Source: an uncultured virus (IMG/VR IMGVR_UViG_3300046507_000662) (taxonomy: Duplodnaviria > Heunggongvirae > Uroviricota > Caudoviricetes). Taken from it: a stretch of DNA of 35,576 bases. Both the position numbers and the translations under genes were made by a program. Below, piece by piece: positions 25,628 to 34,757 of this stretch (positions within the stretch are counted from its first letter, which is position 1; each line of letters opens with the position of its first letter). The DNA lies in IMG/VR virus record IMGVR_UViG_3300046507_000662; one strand, 5' to 3'. The notes beneath the pieces are model-generated. The model saw only the letters and a list, made by a program, of their open reading frames with translations, was not told the DNA's origin and searched no databases.

Positions 25628-26038
25628 TCACTGAGGGATTGAGCGCAGCCGGTACCGGGCTACGGCGTAGTAGTTGGGGGGTGTTACGTCGTCGTCCCTT
25701 TGCACCGGCTGACCGTCGAGGAACTCCGGCTTCCAGGACACGCGCCCAGCGACCGTGATCCTTGCCGCGAGAGCCGCCATGGCCCGGTCCGAAACAGATG
25801 CCGCCTGCTCGGCGGTGAGCCCAACACAGGTGAGCTGGACCTCGCCGACGAAGTCGACAAGGTCATCAGCGAGTGATGCCGCCACCGCGCGCCCCGGAGT
25901 CGGGTAGAGCACCGTGTACGGCTGGGCGACCGTCGGTACGACGCCCGGAGGCGCCCCACCGAAGTAGACGGTCAGATCGGCCCCGGTGAGAGCCGCGGTG
26001 ACCGCATCGACATGAGGAAGAACAGCGGGAGTCGTCAC
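25628..26038 (-). CDS. Tail terminator protein
   Basis: PYTVLYP...QLTCVG...RDDDVTPP; synteny. Confidence 0.7.
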   Translation of the reverse strand: MTTPAVLPHVDAVTAALTGADLTVYFGGAPPGVVPTVAQPYTVLYPTPGRAVAASLADDLVDFVGEVQLTCVGLTAEQAASVSDRAMAALAARITVAGRVSWKPEFLDGQPVQRDDDVTPPNYYAVARYRLRSIPQ

Positions 26039-26051
26039 AGGCGGCCTCCCG

Positions 26052-26459
26052 TCACGTGGCGCCTTCGACGGTGATCCGCCATGCGGTTGCCGTGCTGCTG
26101 AAATCGACGGCCATGACCGCGAACGGCTGGTCGACGAGCCGGGTATCACCGGACGCCGTGATGACGACCGCGTCCCCGACCCGCAGGTTGTCCGTGGCCA
26201 GCGACGCGAACGGCAACGCCAGCTCGTAGCGGGCCACGATCGTCAGCCGCTCCCCCGCTTCCTCGTTGCGAGGAACCCGCTGCGGTTTCAGGCGGCACGC
26301 ACCCGAATACAGGACTGTCGGCGACCCCGGCGTCAGCACGCTCGTGGAGCGGTCCAGCGCTGACGTCCCCGGCCGGCTGATCGTGCAGGTGTCCACCAGC
26401 AGCTGATCGTGTGCGGCGCGGCCTGCCGCGAGCAGGGGCTGAATGTCAATTGCCGTCAT
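26052..26459 (-). CDS. Head-closure/stopper protein (DUF6093-like)
   Basis: DTCTISRPG...LYSGACRL...GDAVVIT; TGATG coupling. Confidence 0.75.
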   Translation of the reverse strand: MTAIDIQPLLAAGRAAHDQLLVDTCTISRPGTSALDRSTSVLTPGSPTVLYSGACRLKPQRVPRNEEAGERLTIVARYELALPFASLATDNLRVGDAVVITASGDTRLVDQPFAVMAVDFSSTATAWRITVEGAT

Positions 26460-27088
26460 CACGTCACCGGTGCCACAGAGAACGACCGTCCGCGGTACAC
26501 GCGCAGAGCCTCTTTGTGGTCCGCGGTCAGCAGGGCGCCGCCGATGGTCTCGGCGGCAAACGTGCGGGAGTAGTCGTCGATCGACTCGCTCCTGAGGCCC
26601 TGCGGGTTGGTCATGTTCATCTGCGCCAGGTCCAGCACCACGTCGACGACGTCGTCCGGGACTTCGGCGTAGCCGTGGCTGTAGGTGACCCGGACCCGCT
26701 GAGCCCAGATCCCCATGGGCCGCATGAACGGCCAGCCCATCAGCCGGGTCGGCGCCCACCACGCCTCGCCGCGGGTCAGCTCGGTGCCGATCCGCGTGAA
26801 GTCGCGGCCCTCGATGGCCGTGTACTCCTGATTGGCGATCCCGAACAGTTCCACGACGGTCAGCGGGTGCGTGTCGTCGACGACGATCGGACGCTGCGGA
26901 AGCCGCAGAATCCGCCCGTTGCCGGGCAGGGTGACCGTCTCGTTCTCCACCAGCGTGAACTGCTGGCGGCAGTACTTCCGGACCAGCGCGGAGGCCCGGC
27001 GAATCGCCATCGCCGCCTGCGCCGGATCCAACGACCGCTGCAGGGCGGCCTCGAGATCCGCCTGCGTCGCGAGAGGGGTCGGGGACAT
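26459..27088 (-). CDS. Head-to-tail adaptor
   Basis: LATQADL...ASALVRKY...VTYSHGY..VPDDV...NPQGLRSESIDDYS. Confidence 0.85.
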   Translation of the reverse strand: MSPTPLATQADLEAALQRSLDPAQAAMAIRRASALVRKYCRQQFTLVENETVTLPGNGRILRLPQRPIVVDDTHPLTVVELFGIANQEYTAIEGRDFTRIGTELTRGEAWWAPTRLMGWPFMRPMGIWAQRVRVTYSHGYAEVPDDVVDVVLDLAQMNMTNPQGLRSESIDDYSRTFAAETIGGALLTADHKEALRVYRGRSFSVAPVT

Positions 27089-27100
27089 TGCGGGCCCCCT

Positions 27101-27466
27101 CTACTCCTCGGTGTCGGCCAGGGCCGTCAGCCGCTTCACAACGGTGCTGCGCGGCTTGTCCTTCGCCTGCTCCGCCGCCAGGGCCTGCGCCGCACGCTCG
27201 CGGTCGCCGTCCACCCACGACATGAGGTCGTCGATCGTGCCGTCCACCGGCGGACCGTCGCCCTCTTCCTGCTGCTCGGGCTCAGCCGGGGGCTTCTTCG
27301 GCGCCTGGAGCGGCTCGGGGTCCGCCTCCAGGATCTCCACCGATCCCTCGGGGGCGTTGTCGGCGAAGTGACGGGCCTGATCGCCCTCCAGCTCCGCATC
27401 CTTATGGAACGTGGTGACCGCATAGTTCCAGTACGCGGTGAACTCCTCGAGCACGCGCACGCGCAT
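27101..27466 (-). CDS. Hypothetical virion-associated protein
   Basis: RBS AGGAGGAG; C-terminal GTIDDLMSWV...E...KPRSTV; follows the capsid gene. Confidence 0.75.
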   Translation of the reverse strand: MRVRVLEEFTAYWNYAVTTFHKDAELEGDQARHFADNAPEGSVEILEADPEPLQAPKKPPAEPEQQEEGDGPPVDGTIDDLMSWVDGDRERAAQALAAEQAKDKPRSTVVKRLTALADTEE

Positions 27467-27488
27467 GACTCTCCTCCTTCGTGAAGGG

Positions 27489-27530
27489 CCCGCCGGCGCG
27501 GACGGACAGGGATGCGTCCGCGCCGACGGG
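27489..27530 (-). terminator. Stem-loop after the capsid gene
   Basis: CGGCGCGGACG / CGTCCGCGCCG core stem. Confidence 0.55.
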
Positions 27531-27537
27531 AGCCATG

Positions 27538-28875
27538 TCAGGCGTGCTCGATGACGACGCCGCGCTTGTACAGCGCCGCATCGCCCGTGCCCGCATCCGA
27601 CGGAACACCGAAGTCGCCGACCCACGACCAGGTCGAAGCGATGACCTGCTGCAGACGGTCCTGAGCCGGACGCACCAGCAGCGTGACGTCCACCGCGGGC
27701 GCGGCCTGGATGGTCCGGATCTCCGGCACGTCCTCGACGCCAGTACCGGCGAGGAGGCTGTTGGTGCCCTCGAACGGAGCCGCCATCAGGGCGTTCGCGC
27801 CCAGCACGATCGGCCGGTGCACCGTCAGGGTGCCCGCCGAACCGCCGTTGGCGATGGTCGGAGACTCCAGGTTGCGGACCCAGTCGATGCCGCCGAACCG
27901 GCCGATGGACAGGTCCCGATAGATCGGCGAGTCCACACGACCCTGCAGCGCCTGCTTGAAGTCGGAGTCGGCGAACAGCTGCGCCTCGGTGTCGGGGTCG
28001 ATGTGCGCGACGTAGTAGCCACCCACCGTCGGAACCGCCATCTTCCGCAGACGAGCCACCGCGGAACGGAAGTTCGCGAACGTCACCGTGTTCGACCCGG
28101 TCAGGTCGTAGGCGGAGTTGCCGGTCGCCCGGACGCTGGTGGGGGCGTTCGCCGCGACCACGTAGTCACCGGCGACGTCGACGCGGGCGGTACCCAGAGT
28201 CAGCGTCTTGGTGCCGAGGTTCACGCCGGTCACCGTGTTGCCGGTGCCCGCGATGTTCACCGTGAGCGGGTTCGACGCCGACACGGCGGTCGGGACGCCG
28301 TTGACCATGACGGTCTCAAAGCCGTCCGTCGAGTTGACGATGATCGACGTGTCCGAGGACCCAGCCGTGGTGCACCACGTGCGGCCACCCGCATACGCCT
28401 TGAACAGCTTGTTGCGGGCGACCTGGTTGATGGTCTGGCCCGCGTTGATGCCGAGGTTCTCGATGTCGGCGAGGAACTTCGACGCCAGCGCCATCGACGA
28501 GCCGAGCATGTTGGTGTCCATCGAGTTCGCGTACTGGTCCATCGTGACGGACCACTGCTCGATGCTGTACGTGGCCGCCGCCGGGTCCGACCCGGTCACC
28601 GGGGTCGTCACCGGCGCCAGGAGGCCCTTGCGGGTGAACGTCTTGGTGTCACCCAGGCCGCCCATCCACGGCTCCGCGTCCGCGATCTGCGGGAACAGGA
28701 AGTTCGGCACCAGCGCGTCCCGGAAGACGCGGTCGAGCATGCCGTTCTGCAGCATCGCCTGGATGCCAGCAGGCAGGGACGGCCGGACACCAGCGTGCCG
28801 GTCGAGTCGGAACCACGGCCGGGCCGGGCCCTTGACGGAAAGCCGCGGACGGGCCGCGGTCAGGCTGGGGGTCAT
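27538..28875 (-). CDS. Major capsid protein
   Basis: 445 aa downstream of scaffold/protease; GGYYVAHIDP motif; hairpin after the stop. Confidence 0.85.
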   Translation of the reverse strand: MTPSLTAARPRLSVKGPARPWFRLDRHAGVRPSLPAGIQAMLQNGMLDRVFRDALVPNFLFPQIADAEPWMGGLGDTKTFTRKGLLAPVTTPVTGSDPAAATYSIEQWSVTMDQYANSMDTNMLGSSMALASKFLADIENLGINAGQTINQVARNKLFKAYAGGRTWCTTAGSSDTSIIVNSTDGFETVMVNGVPTAVSASNPLTVNIAGTGNTVTGVNLGTKTLTLGTARVDVAGDYVVAANAPTSVRATGNSAYDLTGSNTVTFANFRSAVARLRKMAVPTVGGYYVAHIDPDTEAQLFADSDFKQALQGRVDSPIYRDLSIGRFGGIDWVRNLESPTIANGGSAGTLTVHRPIVLGANALMAAPFEGTNSLLAGTGVEDVPEIRTIQAAPAVDVTLLVRPAQDRLQQVIASTWSWVGDFGVPSDAGTGDAALYKRGVVIEHA

Positions 28876-28876
28876 G

Positions 28877-29065
28877 TCACTCCTCAGTGATCTCTACGGA
28901 CACCAGGTCCGGGTATTGCTCGGCGACCATCTGGAGGCCGAGCAGTGCGGTTTGGGCGATGGCCGAAACGGCGGCGCAGACGCGACCCCCAGCGGCGTGC
29001 TCCTCGTGACCGGCCACCGTGATCTCGGTGCGCCCGTCGCCCAGATGGGCACGGACTTCGATCAC
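28877..29065 (-). CDS. prp: Prp-like (ribosomal-processing) cysteine protease, half-size
   Basis: ITVAGH(20)...RVC(30)AAVSA catalytic His/Cys signature; C-terminal LLGLQMVAEQYPDLVSV. Confidence 0.85.
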   Translation of the reverse strand: MIEVRAHLGDGRTEITVAGHEEHAAGGRVCAAVSAIAQTALLGLQMVAEQYPDLVSVEITEE

Positions 29066-29802
29066 ACGCGTTGCCTGTAGCCGTACTTGGCGAGCTCCGC
29101 GGCGACCTGGTCCTTCGAGGCCTCGAGGTAGTTCACCGGCGCGGGAGCACCGCGCGAGCCCTGACCAGGGTCCGGCTTCGGCTGCGGCTTCTTCTCGGGG
29201 GCCGGAGCGGCCGGCTCGGGCCTGGCCCAGTGCGGCTTACGCTCCAGCAGGTCCGACAGGGCCGTCTCGATGGCGTCCGTGTCGATCTCGCCGTCGGAGT
29301 CGACGTACTGGCTGGGGTCACGCATCAGCACGTCCACCGCGTCAGTCGGGTCGGCGAACTCTCCGGCCGCGGCGCGGACCTCGGCCGCCACCGCGCGGGC
29401 GGTCGCCTTGGCCTCCCGCTGGGCAGCCCGTTCGGCCTTCGCCGCGAGCTTCTCCGACTCGGTCCGGTCTCGGTCCTTGAACTCCTCGACCTGGCGGGCG
29501 AGGTCGTCAGCGCGCTTCTTCTCCGCGGCCGCGGCCTTCCGGGCTTCCGCCTTCTCGGCCTTCATGCGGTCGAGGGCTTTCTTGCCCGCGTCGCCGAGCT
29601 TGTCGGCGCCCTCGGGCTCCGGCTCGGGCTCGGGGTCCGCCGGATCGTCTGCAGGATCCGGCTCGGGCTCAGGGTCTGCGGGGTCGTCCGCCGGTTCCGG
29701 AGCAGGCTCCGGGTCGGACGGCTCGGGGTCGTCGTGTCGGGACAGGTTGAACCAGGCGATCCCGGTTGCCGGGACCTTCGTGATCTCGATCTCGGTGGAC
29801 AT
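29062..29802 (-). CDS. Capsid scaffolding protein
   Basis: Acidic Asp/Pro/Glu repeats, LGDAGKKALDRMK, coiled coil, KPHWA...PDPGQG. Confidence 0.85.
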   Translation of the reverse strand: MSTEIEITKVPATGIAWFNLSRHDDPEPSDPEPAPEPADDPADPEPEPDPADDPADPEPEPEPEGADKLGDAGKKALDRMKAEKAEARKAAAAEKKRADDLARQVEEFKDRDRTESEKLAAKAERAAQREAKATARAVAAEVRAAAGEFADPTDAVDVLMRDPSQYVDSDGEIDTDAIETALSDLLERKPHWARPEPAAPAPEKKPQPKPDPGQGSRGAPAPVNYLEASKDQVAAELAKYGYRQRV

Positions 29803-29825
29803 TGCGTCCGCCCCTTCTTGTGGAC

Positions 29826-29855
29826 ATGCGAAAGGGGCCCCATTGCGGGACCCCT
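29826..29855 (-). terminator. Hairpin with GCAAT loop followed by TTTCGCATG
   Basis: AGGGGTCCC-GCAAT-GGGGCCCCT-TTCGCATGT. Confidence 0.5.
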
Positions 29856-29893
29856 CGGTGATAGTTCAGTGGTTGGCCCTTGCCCGGAATCGG

Positions 29894-30931
29894 CTAGTTG
29901 AGATAACCGAAGCGCTTGAGCATCCTGATCAGCTCGTCGCGGTCCTCGGACAGCCGCAGAATCTCGCCGGGGGTCAGCCGTGGCGTCCGGAGGTGGAACC
30001 GGGGCAGGCCCTGCTCGACGTCGGCGCCGGTACGGGCGAACCGCTGCCCGGTCCTCTGCTCCGCCTCGCGACGCATCTGCTGGAAGAACTCCCCACGGCG
30101 CGTCGTGCCCTCAAGCGTGGCTACGACCTTCTGCCCGTAGGCGTCCAGCGTTTGTACGCTGCGGCTCGCATTGACGACCTTGTAGATGTCCGCGCCGTTC
30201 CGGATCGCCTCAGCGCCGCCGATCGTGAACCGGCGATCCTGCTCAGCGCGGGACAGGCCGTTGAAGAACGACATCGGGTTCGTGCGGCGACCCGGGCGGG
30301 CCTCTGTCGCGGGCGTGCCATAACACTGGCAGCGCTTATGGCGTTGGAAGTCGGCGTTCCAGCGGTACCAGCGGCCCGCGAGAATCGCGCAGCGTGCGCA
30401 CGCCCCCGAGCGGACCATCCGGACGTAGCCAGTCACCGTGCGGTTCGCGACCATCGCCACACCGGCCGCGCCGCGGCCCGCATCGGCGACCTCCGAGGCG
30501 GCCATGCGTAGTAGCTGGGCCTGCCCGGCGAGCATGGCCTCCTGGAGCGTCAAGCCATTGCCGATCAGGGTCTTCGTGCGGATCACCGGCAGGTACAGCA
30601 GCGAGTCCAGCGTCCGGCCGTCCGCAGCGACACCCGAAAACGACCGGGCATCCACACGCGCCGCCTGCTCCAGGTAGTCGCTCGACAGCCCGTCCATCCG
30701 GACCATCGCCTCGATGTACGGCTGACCCGTCGATGCCGCGACCAGCTGGCCGACGGAAACAGCCCGGACCATCGCCGCACCCAAGCCTCCCAACCAGGAC
30801 CGCGAAAGGTCCGTGGCCGCGAGTTCCTTCCACAGCCGCTCGAGCGTGACCGTCGTCTGAATGACAGCCCGCTGCTGGGCCCGCCCGTAGGCGTCGACGA
30901 CCTCCTGGTGCGCCTGCGTCACAACGGCCAC
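29894..30931 (-). CDS. MuF-like minor capsid / head morphogenesis protein
   Basis: GYVRMV..GACARCAILAG...FQRHKRCQC. Confidence 0.8.
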   Translation of the reverse strand: MAVVTQAHQEVVDAYGRAQQRAVIQTTVTLERLWKELAATDLSRSWLGGLGAAMVRAVSVGQLVAASTGQPYIEAMVRMDGLSSDYLEQAARVDARSFSGVAADGRTLDSLLYLPVIRTKTLIGNGLTLQEAMLAGQAQLLRMAASEVADAGRGAAGVAMVANRTVTGYVRMVRSGACARCAILAGRWYRWNADFQRHKRCQCYGTPATEARPGRRTNPMSFFNGLSRAEQDRRFTIGGAEAIRNGADIYKVVNASRSVQTLDAYGQKVVATLEGTTRRGEFFQQMRREAEQRTGQRFARTGADVEQGLPRFHLRTPRLTPGEILRLSEDRDELIRMLKRFGYLN

Positions 30932-30932
30932 G

Positions 30933-32318
30933 TCAGCCTCCCGGAGGGGCCTCGAAGGGCTGCGGCTCCGGCTGGGCCGTAGACAGCTGCTGTAGATCCA
31001 TCGCGGTCATACGGGTCAGGGCTTCATCCTGCATGCCCCGCATCCGGTCCCGCTGCACCGCCGAGTAGCCGAGGTCCTCCCAGGCCTGCTCCGTCGGCAG
31101 AATGCCGCTGGTGTGCAGCTTGACGACCGCGTCCGCCTTCTGGGCGTAGGTCGGCGTCGCCGGGTCCCGCCAGACCGTCTCCAGCTTGCGGGTCCGCGGG
31201 TCCAAGTCGCCGTCCCGCACGAGCAGAACGAGCCTCATCACCCTCTCCCACGCCTCACCGAACGCCCGCTGCCTGCGTTCCGCACGCTTCACCAGGCGGG
31301 CCTCCGACGCACGGATCGCATCCGCCGACGGCGGCTGGTCGGTGGCCAGGCCGAGGAACGCGGGAGGCAGGCCTGTCAGGGCGGCCACCAGCCGGGCAAG
31401 AACGTTGATCGTCTCGTGGAAGTTCGAGAGCTGCGCCTCGGGGAACTGGCCGAACTTGACGCTCTCGCCCTCGTTCACCCACAGACGGCCCGCCAGTGAC
31501 GACATTGCGCCGAGCGGCTGCCCGTTCTCGTCGGCGAAATCATCCCGGGACATGCCCGTCGCCCACCGGCGCGGCATCGCGTGATACTCCGCAGACACCA
31601 TCATGTCCGAGGCGATCTTGCATGCCGCGTCCGAGATCGGAATCACCGAACGCAGCTCAGACGTGCCGTCCAGATGCCGAAGCCGCGGCCGGTTCGCCAG
31701 CGGTACCACCAGCACCTGGCCCACGTTGTGCTCGTCCCGGTCGACTTCGACCCAGACGCCCTTCTGCTGCTCGAACGTGCACCGCTTCTTCGGTAGATAC
31801 AGCGTCGCCCACTTCACCGGAGCGGACCCGGCCGCCGCGGGCTCATCCCACCGCTTGATCGCCGCCATCACCTGACGCGTCCGCGGATCCCGCTCGGCGA
31901 AGACTTCCAGCGCGGACTCGGCCGTGATGATCGGCGTCGACTCGTCGGTCTCGTTCGCACCGATGATCACATAGGAGCGCTTCAGCGCCAGCGCGTCAAC
32001 GTGGGCCTGCTGACTGCCCTCGTCCATGTCGGAGGCCTGCCACACCGACCACAGATCCTCGGCCGTCGTCTCCGAGTCCGCGTACCGGAAACCCTCGACG
32101 TCCAGCCGCTCATCCAGCGCATCGACGACCAGCTGCGGCCAGTTGATGACCAGCTGCCGCATCCGGTCCGACAGCTCCGACTGGATCTCCGGCGCCAGAT
32201 ACGACAGAGGCTGCGTGCCCTCGTAGTAGCTGTCCATCAACCGCAGCTGCGGCAGGTCGTTGTCGTGCGCCGCAATCAGCCGCTTCAGCCAGGCATCCGG
32301 CTCGAGGTCGAGGGCCAC
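30933..32318 (-). CDS. Portal protein (SPP1 Gp6-like)
   Basis: YYEGTQP...NWPQLVVDA..ERL...PSADAIRA...WRDP. Confidence 0.92.
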   Translation of the reverse strand: MALDLEPDAWLKRLIAAHDNDLPQLRLMDSYYEGTQPLSYLAPEIQSELSDRMRQLVINWPQLVVDALDERLDVEGFRYADSETTAEDLWSVWQASDMDEGSQQAHVDALALKRSYVIIGANETDESTPIITAESALEVFAERDPRTRQVMAAIKRWDEPAAAGSAPVKWATLYLPKKRCTFEQQKGVWVEVDRDEHNVGQVLVVPLANRPRLRHLDGTSELRSVIPISDAACKIASDMMVSAEYHAMPRRWATGMSRDDFADENGQPLGAMSSLAGRLWVNEGESVKFGQFPEAQLSNFHETINVLARLVAALTGLPPAFLGLATDQPPSADAIRASEARLVKRAERRQRAFGEAWERVMRLVLLVRDGDLDPRTRKLETVWRDPATPTYAQKADAVVKLHTSGILPTEQAWEDLGYSAVQRDRMRGMQDEALTRMTAMDLQQLSTAQPEPQPFEAPPGG

Positions 32319-32336
32319 AGGTCACCCCCGTCATCG

Positions 32337-33974
32337 TCAGCGCATCACAGTCGTCTTCCGGGAAACCTTCGGCCGGGCCTGGCCAGCTGCGATTGCGTCG
32401 CCCGCCGCCTCGTGGGCGAGGATGGACACCATCGCCATGTCGATCTTTTGATGGGGCGCGGCCTTCCGGAGCACGTAGCGGCCAGCGGTGCGGGCCGCCC
32501 TCCGCGCGTGCCCCACGTGCGCCGATGTGTCTTCGCAACCGTCGTGCGTGAATCCGCTGTCGGCCTTTGTCACGTCCGTCAACAGGCGCTCGCAGGCCGC
32601 ATGCGTCTGAACATCCCGGTGCGTGTACCAGCGGACCACGCGCTTCTCGCCGTACCGCTCCGCCCAGGTATCGACCTCGGTTGGCCAGTACGGCGGATCG
32701 CAGTACATGCGCACCACCCGATAGCGACGCATCAGTTCATCCACCGCCGCATCTACCTCAAGCCGCGGCGTCTGACCGCCCCACTCGGCTGGATCCCAGA
32801 TAGTCGGCAGTTCCAGCGAGCTGTACACCGGTGTGAACTGATAGCCGTCCAGCGTCTCGGCGCGGATGCCGGTCCAGTCGTCGATGTCCGAGCCGTCGAA
32901 GCCGAGGACAACAGGCGTACCGTCCGGGACTTCACGGGGTACCGCCCGCAGATCCCAACGATCCCGGGCCAGCCATGTACCGGTACCGGCCGTGATCCGG
33001 TTCCCGAAGAACCGCTCCGCCTGCGCCTGGTCACGCTCCAGCAACTCCGCGGCCTCGGCCTCGATCGCGTCGAGGTCGACCCACCAGGAGTCGCCGTACA
33101 CCGCCTTATGGATCTTCCGACGGTCCGTCTTCTTGGCGTAGTTCAGATCGGCCGGCGCCTTGCGAAAGTCCCGGAAGATGTCCTGGACCTTCGCCTCGAA
33201 CGACCGCTGCGCCACGCTGTTCTCCGACGGGTCCCAGCCGTTCGTCGTCTCCGTCGACCGGCCACCCATACCCGCCAGGCCACGCCGCTGCGTATCGGCA
33301 ACCTTCTGCATCTTGTTCTCAGTCGTCCAGATGCCAGTCTCGTCCTGAGGCACGAACGTCACGCGCTGGCCGAGGCGAGACTGGGCCGACGACGTCACCG
33401 TGTCGACGCGGCCGCCACCCGGAAGGCGGATGAACTCCTCGCCCGTCTTCGGAATCAGCTCCGACAACGGACCCTTGTCGATCATCGGCCTGAGGGCGCC
33501 GTAAATGTTGTCGGTCTGCTCCTCCGAGAACGCCGTGATCTGAATCAGCGGCGTCGGCCACGGCATACCCATCGGATCGCCCGGCTCGTACTCGAACACC
33601 CAGCCACAGCCGCAGCCGTGAACCCGGCAGTCGTAGACCTCGCCGCCAGCCGCCCAACCGGCGAACACGGCAGGCCCGACACCCTCCACGCAGACCTGCG
33701 CGGCAGTCAACGGTCCCTTGCCCCACTTCTGCGGACGGACCAGCTGGCTACGCCGGAAATGGAACGCCGACGCTGGCGACAACATCGAGCGCTCGCGCGT
33801 CGCCCCGGGCTTCACCCGGTAGTGGTTCAGGAAGAACCACAGCATCTCGTCCGTCAGAACATACGGCTCACCAGCAGAGAACCCGTCCGGGATGACGCAG
33901 TGCGCCTCAACCCAGTCCGCGATCAGAAAGCCGAGCGTGGGCCACTGGACGACCTGCTCACTCGCCCCCGTCAC
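32337..33974 (-). CDS. terL: Terminase large subunit
   Basis: Walker A RPQKWGKG, Walker B FVPQDE, nuclease GFDGS..DD and KIDMA; start codon approximate. Confidence 0.92.
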   Translation of the reverse strand: MTGASEQVVQWPTLGFLIADWVEAHCVIPDGFSAGEPYVLTDEMLWFFLNHYRVKPGATRERSMLSPASAFHFRRSQLVRPQKWGKGPLTAAQVCVEGVGPAVFAGWAAGGEVYDCRVHGCGCGWVFEYEPGDPMGMPWPTPLIQITAFSEEQTDNIYGALRPMIDKGPLSELIPKTGEEFIRLPGGGRVDTVTSSAQSRLGQRVTFVPQDETGIWTTENKMQKVADTQRRGLAGMGGRSTETTNGWDPSENSVAQRSFEAKVQDIFRDFRKAPADLNYAKKTDRRKIHKAVYGDSWWVDLDAIEAEAAELLERDQAQAERFFGNRITAGTGTWLARDRWDLRAVPREVPDGTPVVLGFDGSDIDDWTGIRAETLDGYQFTPVYSSLELPTIWDPAEWGGQTPRLEVDAAVDELMRRYRVVRMYCDPPYWPTEVDTWAERYGEKRVVRWYTHRDVQTHAACERLLTDVTKADSGFTHDGCEDTSAHVGHARRAARTAGRYVLRKAAPHQKIDMAMVSILAHEAAGDAIAAGQARPKVSRKTTVMR

Positions 33975-34431
33975 CGGGCACGACCTTGAAACGATCCCGA
34001 GCCGCGCGCCGCGTGGCCGGCTGCTGCTTCCCGGCCCCCTCACGGCGCTCCGCGACCTCATCGACCGCGATCCGCCACCGGTTCGCCCGCATCCCCGGCG
34101 TCGTCAGACCCAGCGAGTCCGCCATCTGCCGGATTAGCGTCGACAGATTCACCCGGGAGTCCATCAACTCGGCCTCGGAGAAGCGGCGCACGTACAGCGC
34201 CACCTCGAACTCCTGGCCATACCGCTCCCACATGATCGCCTGTGGCTTCCGCCACAAGGCGCCCCACAGGTCGGCTTCACGGATCGTCTGCTCGGTCAGC
34301 GGCCACTCGGGCGTTGCGCCCTGTCGGCCCTCCGCAGGCAGGATCGTCCACTCGCCGGCATCCCGGTCACGCCGCAGCGCAGTCGGGTCAGGGGCAGGAC
34401 CGGAGCGTGCACGCGCACCGCCGCTAGGCAT
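33958..34431 (-). CDS. terS: Terminase small subunit
   Basis: GGARARSGPAPDP...LW..PQA..W...SLGLTTPGMRANRWRI. Confidence 0.85.
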   Translation of the reverse strand: MPSGGARARSGPAPDPTALRRDRDAGEWTILPAEGRQGATPEWPLTEQTIREADLWGALWRKPQAIMWERYGQEFEVALYVRRFSEAELMDSRVNLSTLIRQMADSLGLTTPGMRANRWRIAVDEVAERREGAGKQQPATRRAARDRFKVVPGDGGE

Positions 34432-34603
34432 GCGACCACCCCACTGCAGCGACGATCAGCCCGGCGGCCAACGCCCCATGGATCAGCACTCCTACGGCGG
34501 CCGTACCTCCAGAGATCGGCTTCCTCTCCTTACCGACCGAGGTCACCGAGGAAAGGGCGCCCAGCACAAGCCACAGCGCCGTACCCAGCAGAAACCACTG
34601 CAT
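34424..34603 (-). CDS. Small two-TM membrane protein
   Basis: ATG at 34603 after AAGGAG; two hydrophobic segments. Confidence 0.65.
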   Translation of the reverse strand: MQWFLLGTALWLVLGALSSVTSVGKERKPISGGTAAVGVLIHGALAAGLIVAAVGWSHA

Positions 34604-34757
34604 GTCGAACTCCTTGATCACGCCATTGCGGCGATCACACCCGGCTGGCCTTGCGCACAGCCGGTCCAGACATGGCGGAACCCCCGACGATGCGGGGGCT
34701 CCGGTGTCGTACTGCAGGCGAAACGCAGGGAGGCTGCCATATCCTCCCGCACGGTGC

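Noticed and set aside
29610..29735. Tandem DNA repeats (also 9390-9420 and 11680-11715)
   Set aside because: Explained by low-complexity protein linkers (DPEPEP, SP, PT)
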